In this document: piece by piece, positions 37,364 to 47,231 of the stretch | Layout of the letters: each line of letters starts with the position of its first letter | How positions within the stretch are numbered: the first letter of the stretch is position 1 | Assembly (NCBI GenBank): GCA_934131695.1 | Contig: CAKOZV010000001.1 | Location: forward strand, 74,060 to 138,059 | Origin: an uncultured Bacilli bacterium | GTDB lineage: Bacteria > Bacillota_I > Bacilli_A > RF39 > UBA660 | Reading direction: 5' to 3' | DNA: 64,000 bases | Position numbers and translations under genes: made by a program | The notes under the pieces: model-generated | Databases searched by the model: none | Seen by the model: the letters and a program-made list of their open reading frames with translations, nothing else | What the model was told of the DNA's origin: nothing

Positions 37364-39622
37364 CTACTCTTTGTTTTTTTCGTCTCTAATTAAATTATAT
37401 AGTTCTGTAAGAAAAGGACTTCTTTCTTTAATATCCTTATTAGTAAGTAGGTAAACATGATTTTTTGTTCTAGTAAGTGCTACATAAAATACTCTTCTTT
37501 CTTCAGCATAAGTGTAGTTTTCTTTATTAGTTCTAGATATAAATAAATTAGTTAACCAGAAATTATGCCTAGATGTTATTGGGAAATCTCTATCAAGACC
37601 GATTATGATAACTTCATCAAAAGTTAATCCTTTAGATTTATGAATACTCATAGCATCTATATTAATATCTTCATACCCTAGATAAGTAACTTTAGTACCA
37701 ATACTATCTATAAGAGATTTATCATTAAATAAGTTGTCTATTTGTCTATTCTTTCTAGCAAGTATTAAAATACGATAATCGGGATTTGTTCTATAAATAT
37801 CAAGAATTAACTTTTTTAATGTTTCTATTTCATCATCAAATAGCTTAAAAATAATTGGCTTTTTTATACTTTTATCAGATATTAATTCCTTTCTTATTTG
37901 TGTAGGATTTTTCATAATAAATTTTCCACTATAGTCTATTAGCTCTTTACTGTTACGATAAGTCTTAGAAATATAGAGTATCTTAGCATCGGTAAAGTAT
38001 TTTTGAAAATTATATATGTAGGAAATATTAGAACCACTAAAGGCATAAATAGATTGCCAGTCATCACCAACAGCTACAATTTTAGAATGATTTTTTCTAA
38101 TTATATTATTAACTAAAGTGTATCTATCTTGAGATATATCTTGATACTCATCAATAACTAAATATTTAAAGTCTAAATTGTCATCGTTTGCATTATCAAT
38201 ATACTTATTAGCATAATAAATCATATCAGGAAAATCAAATTTATATTCATTAGGGTTACCAAACAATTCATTTTGATAATATCTATAAAAATCAGTTATA
38301 TATTTGTACTGCTTAATAGCTATATTCTTTTCTGTAAAACTTAAAGAATTTAAATAATCATTTACCATTTCGTTTATACTGTTTCGATTAACAGAAGATT
38401 TGATTTTATCAATACAGTTATAATAAAGATTTCTTAAAGAATATATTTGACTTAGAGTATATCTATCTAACATCTTGTTAATAACTTCCTCATTAGTTAA
38501 TCTATTAAGTTCAAAACCATAACTAAGTAATTGGCTTTTTAAACTTTTAATAATATCTTCTTTTTTAGTAGCAGTTATAGCAATAAGCTTATTCTTATGT
38601 TTTTCATGATAAGATAATTTTTCTTTCATATTCTTTCTATAACGATTAAGTTCATTGTCACTAGAACCAGCCAAACCAAAATACTCAATATAAATATTTT
38701 CACCGTTTAGATTTAACGTAAAATCAGGATGATATGGTGTATGATTGTTTAATAATTCCTCATAAATTTTTTCATAGTAATAAGGTATTTGGTGCATGAA
38801 GAGAAAGTTAGCAATAATTGCTTCTCCTTTAGATTTAACAAGTTCTCCTTTTATAGTGTAAATAATTTCTTGATTATAATCATGTTCTAATCTAGTAGTT
38901 ATATAATTGCCTTGATCAGTTATTTCTTTAATTTTACTAATTTTTAACTCTTTAAAGTATTGATCATAAGTAGGGTATTTATCATAATTTTCTTTGAAAA
39001 ACTTACCTAATATAATATCTTCCTCTTGGTCAAATACCTCTATTAATTCTTTTAAAAGTTGTTTGTTAGGGAAAATATTATCTTTAAAATACTTAAGAAA
39101 AATCTGATTCTTTTCATTATCTCCTACTACACTACATTTATGATTTTTGAAAATAGATTTAATATGCATATAACCAAGGGCATGAAAAGTAGAGACTACT
39201 ACCGGAATATTGAAATCAAGTCTTATTCTTTTATCAAGTTCTTCAGTTGCTTTTCTAGTAAAGCTCATAACTAGTATTTTTTCAGGATCAACCTTCTTAA
39301 TATCAACAAGATATTTTACCTTAGCAGCCATAGTAGTAGTTTTACCAGTCCCAGCTCCGGCAATTATTAGGGAAAAATCTTCATCTGTAAGTATAGCTTT
39401 TATTTGTTCTTCATCAAGTCTTATATTATCATCTATCCCTCTATACATAGTATCAAAATAAGACTTATACTTTATATATAAATCGTCTAAAACTTTGTTA
39501 TTATAAGAATCTAAATCAAATCCTATAGGTTTGTTAACAGTCATTCTTGCTAGATACTTAGATATATATTCTTTATTAGTATATTTATTTTTAAATAATT
39601 CATTATAATCAATACTTTCCAT
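37364..39622 (-). CDS. UvrD/helicase IV-like SF1 helicase with a ~190-aa insert between motifs I and II
   Basis: AGAGTGKT, VIDEYQDIS, VGDDWQSIYAFSG, SIHKSKGLTFD, RRVFYVALTRTK. The insert contains GEAIIANFL...YHPDFTL...IYIEYFGL. Confidence 0.8.
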   Translation of the reverse strand: MESIDYNELFKNKYTNKEYISKYLARMTVNKPIGFDLDSYNNKVLDDLYIKYKSYFDTMYRGIDDNIRLDEEQIKAILTDEDFSLIIAGAGTGKTTTMAAKVKYLVDIKKVDPEKILVMSFTRKATEELDKRIRLDFNIPVVVSTFHALGYMHIKSIFKNHKCSVVGDNEKNQIFLKYFKDNIFPNKQLLKELIEVFDQEEDIILGKFFKENYDKYPTYDQYFKELKISKIKEITDQGNYITTRLEHDYNQEIIYTIKGELVKSKGEAIIANFLFMHQIPYYYEKIYEELLNNHTPYHPDFTLNLNGENIYIEYFGLAGSSDNELNRYRKNMKEKLSYHEKHKNKLIAITATKKEDIIKSLKSQLLSYGFELNRLTNEEVINKMLDRYTLSQIYSLRNLYYNCIDKIKSSVNRNSINEMVNDYLNSLSFTEKNIAIKQYKYITDFYRYYQNELFGNPNEYKFDFPDMIYYANKYIDNANDDNLDFKYLVIDEYQDISQDRYTLVNNIIRKNHSKIVAVGDDWQSIYAFSGSNISYIYNFQKYFTDAKILYISKTYRNSKELIDYSGKFIMKNPTQIRKELISDKSIKKPIIFKLFDDEIETLKKLILDIYRTNPDYRILILARKNRQIDNLFNDKSLIDSIGTKVTYLGYEDINIDAMSIHKSKGLTFDEVIIIGLDRDFPITSRHNFWLTNLFISRTNKENYTYAEERRVFYVALTRTKNHVYLLTNKDIKERSPFLTELYNLIRDEKNKE

Positions 39623-39662
39623 ACTTCAACACCTTTTCATCTATCTTAATAATAACATAGAT

Positions 39663-39715
39663 TTAAGAATAATTAAGAAAAAATTAAGAATTAACTTATT
39701 ATGTCATGCTATAAT
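39663..39715 (+). promoter_or_regulatory. Three TTAAGAA direct repeats upstream of a -10 box (candidate response-regulator binding sites)
   Basis: TTAAGAA at 39663, 39673 and 39684 (10/11-bp phasing). TATAAT at 39710-39715. Confidence 0.5.
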
Positions 39716-39734
39716 CGGAGAAAGGAGAGAGTGA

Positions 39735-40424
39735 ATGGAAAACATATTAATAGTAGATGACGAAAAAGAAATAGCAGATTTATTAGAAATATACTTAAAG
39801 AATGAAAATTATAACGTTTATAAATATTATTCTAGTATAGAAGTATTAAAAGATATAGATAATCTTAAGATAGACTTAGCTATTTTAGATATAATGATGC
39901 CAGAGATAGATGGGTTAACCTTATGCAATAAAATAAGAGAAAAATATAACTTTCCAATTATTTTTGCTACTGCTAAAGTGGAAGATATAGATAAGATTAA
40001 TGGGCTAAGTATGGGAGCAGATGACTACGTTACTAAACCATTTCAACCATTAGAATTACTTGCTAGAGTAAAAGCGCAATTAAGAAGATATAAAAATTAT
40101 AATCATCAAGAAAATAGTGAGGACCAAATAGATTTTCGAGGGATAGTAATTAATAATAAAACTCATGAATTTTATTTTAATGATAAAAAAATAGAACTTA
40201 CTAAAACAGAGTTTTCTATTATGTGGTTGTTATGTATAAATAAAGGTAAAGTAGTTAAAAGTGATGATTTATTTTCTAAAGTATGGAAAGAAAAATATTT
40301 TACTAAAGATAATAATACTATAATGGTTCATATTAGACATCTAAGAGAAAAGATGCATGATATAGGTAGAAAACCCAAATATATAAAAACTATTTATGGA
40401 GTAGGTTATAAGATAGAGGTGTAA
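39735..40424 (+). CDS. OmpR-family response regulator (VanR-like)
   Basis: Receiver domain (ILDIMMPEIDG, KPF) plus winged helix (YGVGYKI). Confidence 0.88.
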   Translation: MENILIVDDEKEIADLLEIYLKNENYNVYKYYSSIEVLKDIDNLKIDLAILDIMMPEIDGLTLCNKIREKYNFPIIFATAKVEDIDKINGLSMGADDYVTKPFQPLELLARVKAQLRRYKNYNHQENSEDQIDFRGIVINNKTHEFYFNDKKIELTKTEFSIMWLLCINKGKVVKSDDLFSKVWKEKYFTKDNNTIMVHIRHLREKMHDIGRKPKYIKTIYGVGYKIEV

Positions 40425-40425
40425 G

Positions 40426-41517
40426 ATGAAAGATAGAGAGTTTAAAGAAATATATTCTGATATGTTAAAAAAAGTAGTTATCTATATTGCTATTATTTTG
40501 ATAGTATCATTAACTATTGGACTAGTAGTTAGTGTCTTTGACTTTCAATGGTTATACGATGATAATCCTAATTTGTATAATAATTTATCAGGAGTATATC
40601 AGTTAGTAACGTCCCCTTATATCTTAGGATTAGTAGCTATTATAATAATCTTAGTATCATCTTACAAAAGTATAAAAGAAGTATCAGCATATATTGATAC
40701 TATATCAGAATCAGTAGATAAAATATTTGATAAGAATAGTGAAGAGATAATACTACCTAATCAGTTAGCACCACTTGAGAGAAAGCTTAATCATCTTAAG
40801 AATAAATATCTTGAAAGTGAAAAGCTAGCAAGAGAGAACGAACAGAAAAAAGATGAGTTGATAGTATATCTTGCTCATGATATAAAAACACCACTTACAT
40901 CTATGATTGGTTATTTATCATTATTAGATGAGATAGATGATATGGACAAGATGCGAAGAAAAAAATATATTTCTATCGCTTTAGATAAATCATATCGCTT
41001 AGAAGAGTTGATTAATGAATTATTTGATGTAGCAAGATTTAATTCAGAAAAGATAGTTCTAGAGAAAGAAAAATTAAACCTCAACTTAATGCTTGAACAG
41101 ATAATAGATGACTTTTATCCTATTTTAAAGAAACTTGATAAGAAGATAGAGTATAATCAAGTAGATGATTTAATTATAGAGGGAGATTCTGATAAGTTAA
41201 GTCGAGTCTTTAATAATGTTATTAAGAATGCTATTAACTATAGTAGTGATGGTACTGATATAATAATAAAAGCTTCCAAGAATAATAATAGTGTAAAAAT
41301 TGAGGTGATTAATCAAGGAAAAGTAATACCTAAAGAGAAATTAGCTAGAATATTTGAAAAGTTTTATCGCCTTGATTCGGCAAGAAGTAGTAAAACAGGT
41401 GGTAGTGGATTAGGTCTTGCTATTGCTAAAGAGATAGTAGAATTACATAATGGACAAATAAAAGCTTCAAGTAATAAGAAAGAAACCAAGTTTACAGTTA
41501 TATTACCAATTGAATAA
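40426..41517 (+). CDS. Sensor histidine kinase (VanS-like, short extracellular loop)
   Basis: Two TM segments, H-box YLAHDIKTPLTS, N box NAINYS, G box GGSGLGLAIAKE. Confidence 0.88.
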   Translation: MKDREFKEIYSDMLKKVVIYIAIILIVSLTIGLVVSVFDFQWLYDDNPNLYNNLSGVYQLVTSPYILGLVAIIIILVSSYKSIKEVSAYIDTISESVDKIFDKNSEEIILPNQLAPLERKLNHLKNKYLESEKLARENEQKKDELIVYLAHDIKTPLTSMIGYLSLLDEIDDMDKMRRKKYISIALDKSYRLEELINELFDVARFNSEKIVLEKEKLNLNLMLEQIIDDFYPILKKLDKKIEYNQVDDLIIEGDSDKLSRVFNNVIKNAINYSSDGTDIIIKASKNNNSVKIEVINQGKVIPKEKLARIFEKFYRLDSARSSKTGGSGLGLAIAKEIVELHNGQIKASSNKKETKFTVILPIE

Positions 41518-41557
41518 TTAAGGAAAAATTAAGAATTTTCTAAGAAAAAGTTAAAAA
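41518..41557 (+). promoter_or_regulatory. Four 11-bp-phased TTAAGAA-like direct repeats upstream of the C39-like peptidase gene
   Basis: TTAAGGA 41518, TTAAGAA 41529, CTAAGAA 41540, TTAAAAA 41551. Same heptamer as at 39663-39690. Confidence 0.5.
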
Positions 41558-41604
41558 GTAATCTTTCTATAACTGCTATAGTTGTATTTGGAAAGAGGTA
41601 TTTT

Positions 41605-42375
41605 ATGAAAAAAATTATTAGAAGAATCTTAATCATCTTAATAGTCGCTTTATTCATATTTGGTAATAATTATAGAAAAGTTAATGAGCCTAAGGTTAGT
41701 GAACCAGTAATTAAAGAAGAGAATAATCTAACTAAGGATGAAAGACTAAAACAAATATATGAAAATAAAAGTATTTATCCGAAAGAGTTATTAGAAATGT
41801 TAGATAGGAATACTGATATGACTGATTTTGTTTATAATTATCAGGTTAATAAAGGAAAAGTCTTTGCAAATGATATAGGTAAAGTAGAGAAAAATACTGT
41901 CCCTTTGTTGTTACAATATGATGAGAGATGGGGTTATGGTATGTATGGTGATGAAGTACTAGCTATTAATGGTTGTGGACCAACATCAGTAGCCATGGTA
42001 ATAGCAGGACTTACTGGAAGAAATATTATCACTCCTTATGATGTAGCAAGTTATGCTTATGAAAATGGTTATTACAAGAAAGGTACTAGGTGGAATTTTT
42101 TTACAGAAGGAGTTAAAAACTATGGAATAGTTGGTAAAGAAATACCATTAGTAAAAAGTAAAATATTTAAAGAATTAGAACTTGGTCATCCAATAATTTG
42201 TAGTATGCGAAAAGGTGACTTTACTACAACTGGTCATTTAATAGTACTAGTAGGTGTAAAGAATGGTAAGCTTACGGTAAATGATCCTAATAGTAGAGAA
42301 AGAAGTGAAAGACTTTGGAGTTATGAAAGACTAGAACCACAGATTAAAAATCTTTGGTCATTTAGAACCTATTAA
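41605..42375 (+). CDS. Membrane-anchored C39-like (papain-fold) cysteine peptidase domain protein
   Basis: N-terminal TM. NGCGPTSVAMV (catalytic Cys context) and a later GHLIVLVG (His). Confidence 0.7.
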   Translation: MKKIIRRILIILIVALFIFGNNYRKVNEPKVSEPVIKEENNLTKDERLKQIYENKSIYPKELLEMLDRNTDMTDFVYNYQVNKGKVFANDIGKVEKNTVPLLLQYDERWGYGMYGDEVLAINGCGPTSVAMVIAGLTGRNIITPYDVASYAYENGYYKKGTRWNFFTEGVKNYGIVGKEIPLVKSKIFKELELGHPIICSMRKGDFTTTGHLIVLVGVKNGKLTVNDPNSRERSERLWSYERLEPQIKNLWSFRTY

Positions 42376-42421
42376 TTATATTTTTCTTTCAATATCATAA
42401 AATAAAAGTGGAGGAACATAT

Positions 42422-42811
42422 ATGGAAACACAATTAACTAATGCAGTTAGTGTAGAAGGAAACTATAATGCTGTTCCACTTTCTATTACATCTGATGTAT
42501 TAGTAGTTACAATGCTTAATGGGTTAACTGTAACCAAAAAAGCAGATAAAATGATGTGGGCTGATGGTAATTTAACTTATACTATTGTAGTAACAAATGA
42601 TGCAGAAGAGACATTTACTACTCCTATTATTACTGATAATCTTGATAAGAATCTTATAACATTTGTAAATGGAAGTGTAACAATCGATGGAAATAGTGCA
42701 AGTAGTGATAAATATAACTATGATGAGAGTACTGGTAAATTAACCATTAACTTAGAAGATATAACAGCATCAAGTAGTAGGACAATTACCTTTCAAGTGA
42801 AGAAAACTTAA
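42422..42811 (+). CDS. DUF11-like (conserved repeat domain) small protein, no signal peptide
   Basis: 129 aa, beta-rich. GLTVTKKADK...NLTYTIVVTN...TITFQVK resembles the DUF11 repeat. Confidence 0.5.
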   Translation: METQLTNAVSVEGNYNAVPLSITSDVLVVTMLNGLTVTKKADKMMWADGNLTYTIVVTNDAEETFTTPIITDNLDKNLITFVNGSVTIDGNSASSDKYNYDESTGKLTINLEDITASSSRTITFQVKKT

Positions 42812-42846
42812 ACTTTTAAATAAAAAACACCAGATAGATAAAATAT

Positions 42847-44721
42847 CTAGGTGTTTTCTTCAAGTGACCAAATGATTTTAGTTTTATATTCAGTATTAGC
42901 AATTAAAGTCTCAAGAACTTGAAATAGTATTCCTTCATCTTTATCAAAGATAATTTCTGTTGTTTTAGTACTACCATCATTTCCTTCCCCTTGATAAATT
43001 AAAGTCTTAGTAGTAGAAATTACATTTATATTGTCATTACTATCAAGAAAAACTAAAGAATCTTTTAAGATACTATTATCCTCATTTTCTAACTCATTAT
43101 TAATACTAGCAAATAGATTCCAAGGGGTACTATCAATTCTAGAATCAGTAACTGTAATCACTAACTTTTCGTTTTTAGGACAAAGAATAGGACTTAATCT
43201 TATCGGATTTAAATCAAAAGAAATGATATTTGGTACACTGTCGATTGTTAACTCACCACTATAAACTATTTCAATGGTTTTCGTTCTATAAATTAAATTA
43301 TTAGCTTCTTTAACATTAAAAGTTATTTTAGTACCAATAGGTAAAGGTGAATCATAAGAATAGGAAAAATTACCAAGTGAATCTGCAACTATTACATTTG
43401 AGATATTGTCATATTCTATTAAAAGACTGGCATTAGGAGAAGTTTTTCCACTCATTACTGTATCAGTATCAGATAGGGCATGAATCTTTAAAGGAATAGT
43501 ACCAATAGAGAAAACTTTTTTATTAGGAAAAATTAATTCTTTAAGATCAGGAAGATTTTCTAATTCTTCAGTTGTATAGTTGTGACTAGTAATACTAGTT
43601 GTTGTCTTATTAAAAGTACCAATTACTGTAGAAATAGCATCATCTTTGTACCAAGAATAAGTAGGTAGTGTACTTTTGCTTATATTATTATCTATTGGAA
43701 TGGAATTATTAAAAAGATTTAATCTAGAATAGTTAAAGGTAAAAGGAATAGTGGTAGTAGTAGATATTATATTAGCAGTAGTGTTATAAAGAAGTAACAT
43801 ATTAGGATTGTTTAGGACTAGACCACTGTTAGCTGTTTGAAAAGATATATTATAATTATTACTAGAAATATTAGTAAAATTATTAATGATAGTAAGAGAT
43901 GAATTATTATTAAGAGTTATTACACCATAGCTGTACCAAGTTGCATAACTACCATTTCTATTAGTTTGTTTCAAAGTGAAAGATGCATTTTCATCTATTA
44001 AAGTGGTACCAGTTCCAAAAGTGCCATAAGCCATTCCATTATAAGTAGTTACATCAAATGTTGAATTACTAGCAACGGTAAAAGCCAAGTCATTTGGCCC
44101 ATAGAATAATTCTCTGGCTTCACTAGTAAATGTTACTTTAGAGTTTTTTAATACTGTTAGACTAGGACTTGCATTACGAAACCAGAAAGAAGAATTACTC
44201 TTAGAACTATGATTTATAACAGTAGTACCACCTAACTCTATCTTATTACATTCAGCTACTTCATTACCAGTTGTTAAAGAAGTATCACCTATAGTAATAG
44301 ATGAATCTATAAATCGTGTCAATCCTGTTGGATGAAAGCTAATCTGAGGACCAGTGTAGGTGATATTGTTATATTCTACGATTATATTTTTTAAACTAGC
44401 TGTATCTGGAACATAGATAACTCCATAATAATTATTTCCAGTGATATTTAAGTTTTTAACTACTACTTTAGAAATAGTTTGGTATGTAGCAGAAATAGTA
44501 TCACCTGTATTTAGTGTTTTCATATCAGTGAAAGTATAAGTAGTACCATCATACGTTCCATCTATTATAATATTTGCTTTAGTACTAGCTATTTTAATAC
44601 CACTAGTAAGAGAAATATTACTGCCAAAATAGATATAATTATAGGAATTATCTTTTTCAAGAACAGTTTTCAACTCATCACTTGAAAAGACAACTACAGT
44701 ATTGTCATTAATTATTGTCAT
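42847..44721 (-). CDS. Large beta-rich protein with C-terminal WxL-like domain, no signal peptide
   Basis: 624 aa, N/T/S-rich with repetitive beta-strand character. C-terminus has VTDSRIDSTPWNLFASI and YKTKIIWSLEENT (two WxL motifs). AAGGAG RBS at the annotated start. Confidence 0.6.
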   Translation of the reverse strand: MTIINDNTVVVFSSDELKTVLEKDNSYNYIYFGSNISLTSGIKIASTKANIIIDGTYDGTTYTFTDMKTLNTGDTISATYQTISKVVVKNLNITGNNYYGVIYVPDTASLKNIIVEYNNITYTGPQISFHPTGLTRFIDSSITIGDTSLTTGNEVAECNKIELGGTTVINHSSKSNSSFWFRNASPSLTVLKNSKVTFTSEARELFYGPNDLAFTVASNSTFDVTTYNGMAYGTFGTGTTLIDENASFTLKQTNRNGSYATWYSYGVITLNNNSSLTIINNFTNISSNNYNISFQTANSGLVLNNPNMLLLYNTTANIISTTTTIPFTFNYSRLNLFNNSIPIDNNISKSTLPTYSWYKDDAISTVIGTFNKTTTSITSHNYTTEELENLPDLKELIFPNKKVFSIGTIPLKIHALSDTDTVMSGKTSPNASLLIEYDNISNVIVADSLGNFSYSYDSPLPIGTKITFNVKEANNLIYRTKTIEIVYSGELTIDSVPNIISFDLNPIRLSPILCPKNEKLVITVTDSRIDSTPWNLFASINNELENEDNSILKDSLVFLDSNDNINVISTTKTLIYQGEGNDGSTKTTEIIFDKDEGILFQVLETLIANTEYKTKIIWSLEENT

Positions 44722-44916
44722 ATTAATAAACTCCTTGTTATATCTTATGCTTACTGATAGATATTATTAGTTTATATACACTGAAGACATAACCAGTAGT
44801 AAAATAGCTAATAAAAAGAGTGATACAAGTTACATATAGTTTTGATGATTATTTTAGCCTTAATTGTTTTTGTGTCAAATTACTAGTTTATTCATATTTT
44901 ATAGTGAGGTGAGAAT

Positions 44917-45222
44917 ATGGATGAGCGTGTAAATGGTGGAGTGGTTGTAGATGCTGGACATGGAGGTAGCGATCCTGGAGCTATTAGTGGTAATTTAAGA
45001 GAAAAGGACTTTACCTTGGAAGCGGCTCTATATATGTATGATAGATTTAAACAGTTAGGTGTTCCTGTTGTTATTACAAGAGATTTTGATGAGGATTTAA
45101 GTAGGGCAGATAGACTTAAAAGAGCTAATGAAGCATTTAATGGTGATCCTAACACTATATTAATATCTAATCACATAAATGCAGGGGGAGGAGATAGCCG
45201 TTATGTAACAAAGTATGTATAA
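44917..45222 (+). pseudogene. N-acetylmuramoyl-L-alanine amidase (Amidase_3), 5' fragment truncated by island insertion
   Basis: VVVDAGHGGSDPGA...EKDFTLEAALY...ISNHINAGGG is the first half of the Amidase_3 domain. After about 45194 the frame runs into island DNA (DSRYVTKYV*). Confidence 0.8.
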
Positions 45223-45397
45223 CGATTAAAGCCAAATATAGAAATAAATGAATTATAAATCATAAAAAATAATTAATTAATAAATTATTGTAATAGTATT
45301 TAAGTTTCAAATATAATTTTTAAAATTATTACGAATAAAAAGTCATATTTATTACCCAAAAACTTCGTGTTATAATGCTTTTAGAGGTGATTTATGT

Positions 45398-46432
45398 ATG
45401 TTAACATTAGAAGAAAACAAAATTATTGATCAGTATGTTAATGAAAAATATTATGATAAAAGTAAGTTGATAAAATATTTGAATATGCATGAGATTGTTG
45501 GCAATGAAATATTTTCATATTGTGATAAAAAGATATATGGTTCTCCAACTTATTCCAATTGGCTTGATAGTGAAGCAGGATATAAGCCAGTTAGTAAAGA
45601 TATTTTTATTAAGCGAATACCTTTTTATTTTTATGTTGTTGATAGGGATGATATTAATCTTCAAAATTTTGGTTGCTTAAGTTATCTTTATACAAAAGAT
45701 AATACTAATTTAGAAGAAATTTTTAATGCTCTTGAATATATGTTTTATTCATTAAATATACCATTATATACAATATTTAATTATCATATTATTCAATCTG
45801 GAGTTGTGAGTAGTGATATTTTTTTGGAATGGAATCATTATCTTCATTTATGCGAGGAACTAGGGGAGAAAGATTATTGTCCTGAACATTTTATTAGTTC
45901 TTATAATTATTTACTAGAAAAAAGTAATCTAAATCCAATAATATATGAGATTGATGAGTATTTTAATTTTGAACCATTTTTTCGAGAAGGAACAAAATTA
46001 GTATTTGAAGGAGTTTTTCCAGTTGATGAAAATAATAATCCTATCATGAAATGGATTGGACTAAAGATTACAAATGTAGAGAATATAAAATGTAATTGTG
46101 AGAAATCAAAAAGTGGAAGGCTTGAAATTGTTATCACGCCTAAAACAGTAATACATGCTTTAAATTATTATAATTATCAAGATGAAGAAGGAGATTATTG
46201 GTATCAAATTTATGCAGGACCTCAAAATATGTACTTTGATTATGAAATTTTAAAAGAAAAAAGAAAAAAATTAGGTTTTACTCAAAAACAGGTTTCTGAT
46301 GCAGTTGGTACAAGTGTTAGAACTTATCAAAAATGGGAAGTTGGCGACACAATACCAGATGGTTATTTTCTTATTAGATTATTAAATTGGTTAGACATTC
46401 CTGATATTCAAAATGTTGTAAAGTATTTATAA
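45398..46432 (+). CDS. Protein with unknown ~290-aa N-terminal region and C-terminal XRE-type HTH
   Basis: The C-terminus LKEKRKKLGFTQKQVSDAVGTSVRTYQKWEVGDTIP is a classic Cro/C1 HTH. Confidence 0.65.
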   Translation: MLTLEENKIIDQYVNEKYYDKSKLIKYLNMHEIVGNEIFSYCDKKIYGSPTYSNWLDSEAGYKPVSKDIFIKRIPFYFYVVDRDDINLQNFGCLSYLYTKDNTNLEEIFNALEYMFYSLNIPLYTIFNYHIIQSGVVSSDIFLEWNHYLHLCEELGEKDYCPEHFISSYNYLLEKSNLNPIIYEIDEYFNFEPFFREGTKLVFEGVFPVDENNNPIMKWIGLKITNVENIKCNCEKSKSGRLEIVITPKTVIHALNYYNYQDEEGDYWYQIYAGPQNMYFDYEILKEKRKKLGFTQKQVSDAVGTSVRTYQKWEVGDTIPDGYFLIRLLNWLDIPDIQNVVKYL

Positions 46433-46439
46433 AGTAAAG

Positions 46440-46477
46440 CATTATTATCCTAAATTTTATTAGATAATAATGTTTTT
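46440..46477 (+). terminator. Rho-independent terminator
   Basis: CATTATTATC (46440-46449) / GATAATAATG (46463-46472), then T5. Confidence 0.65.
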
Positions 46478-46586
46478 ATTTTGTCCTAGTTAGCATTGAA
46501 AACTTACTCCCGTCAAGTTTTCTATTGTGAAAAAATTCCCAAACCCTTTAAAAAAATATTTTTTTTACTAAATTAATAAATTTACA

Positions 46587-46632
46587 TTTACTCTTGTTCC
46601 ACAAAATGCTATAATGTAGGTACGAGAGTAAA
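46587..46632 (+). promoter_or_regulatory. Inverted repeat bracketing the -10 box upstream of abiEi (candidate autoregulatory operator)
   Basis: TTTACTCTTG (46587-46596) and CGAGAGTAAA (46623-46632) are 9/10 complementary. TGcTATAAT at 46607-46615 lies between them. Confidence 0.45.
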
Positions 46633-46643
46633 GTGGTGAAAAT

Positions 46644-47231
46644 ATGAGTAATAAAGAAAAATTAATTGAATTTTTAAATAGAAATCATGGATATATTACT
46701 ACTGCAGAATTTTTAACATTGGGTATGAGTAAACCTTTGATTCAAAAGTTTTTATATGAAGGATTAATTGAAAGAGTAAGCTATGGTTTATATATGGATA
46801 ATAAGATATTAAAAGATGAATACTTTATTTTACAAAAAAAATATCCATTAGCAATATTTTCTTATAATACTGCACTGCATATTCTTAATTTAACAAATAG
46901 AACTCCAATACAAATAGATATAACTGTTCCTAGAGATAAAAAAGTAAGAGGAAATTATAATATTCATAGAGTTTCAGAGAAGTTTTATGATATTGGAATA
47001 ATTGAAGCCCTAAGTCCAAATGGAAATCCAGTAAAAATATATAATGCTGAAAGATGTATTTGTGACATGTTAAGAACTGAAGGAGAATTTGATTTAGAAC
47101 TTCAAAATAGAGTTTTAGATTATTATTTTCATAGCAAAGATAAAGATATTGATAAATTATTAGAATATGCGAAGAGCTTTAATATTTATGAAAAAGTTAA
47201 TACAATTGTGGAGGTAATGATGAAATGGTAG
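46644..47231 (+). CDS. abiEi: AbiEi-family antitoxin/transcriptional regulator (type IV TA)
   Basis: 195 aa. N-terminal winged-helix-like ...GYITTAEFLTLGMSKPLIQKFLYEGLIERVSYGLY. Overlaps the downstream AbiEii-like gene by 7 nt. Confidence 0.7.
   Translation: MSNKEKLIEFLNRNHGYITTAEFLTLGMSKPLIQKFLYEGLIERVSYGLYMDNKILKDEYFILQKKYPLAIFSYNTALHILNLTNRTPIQIDITVPRDKKVRGNYNIHRVSEKFYDIGIIEALSPNGNPVKIYNAERCICDMLRTEGEFDLELQNRVLDYYFHSKDKDIDKLLEYAKSFNIYEKVNTIVEVMMKW

Noticed and set aside
44892-45155. 87-aa minus-strand ORF opposite the amidase 5' fragment
   Set aside because: The plus-strand frame carries the unmistakable Amidase_3 motif DAGHGGSDPGA.
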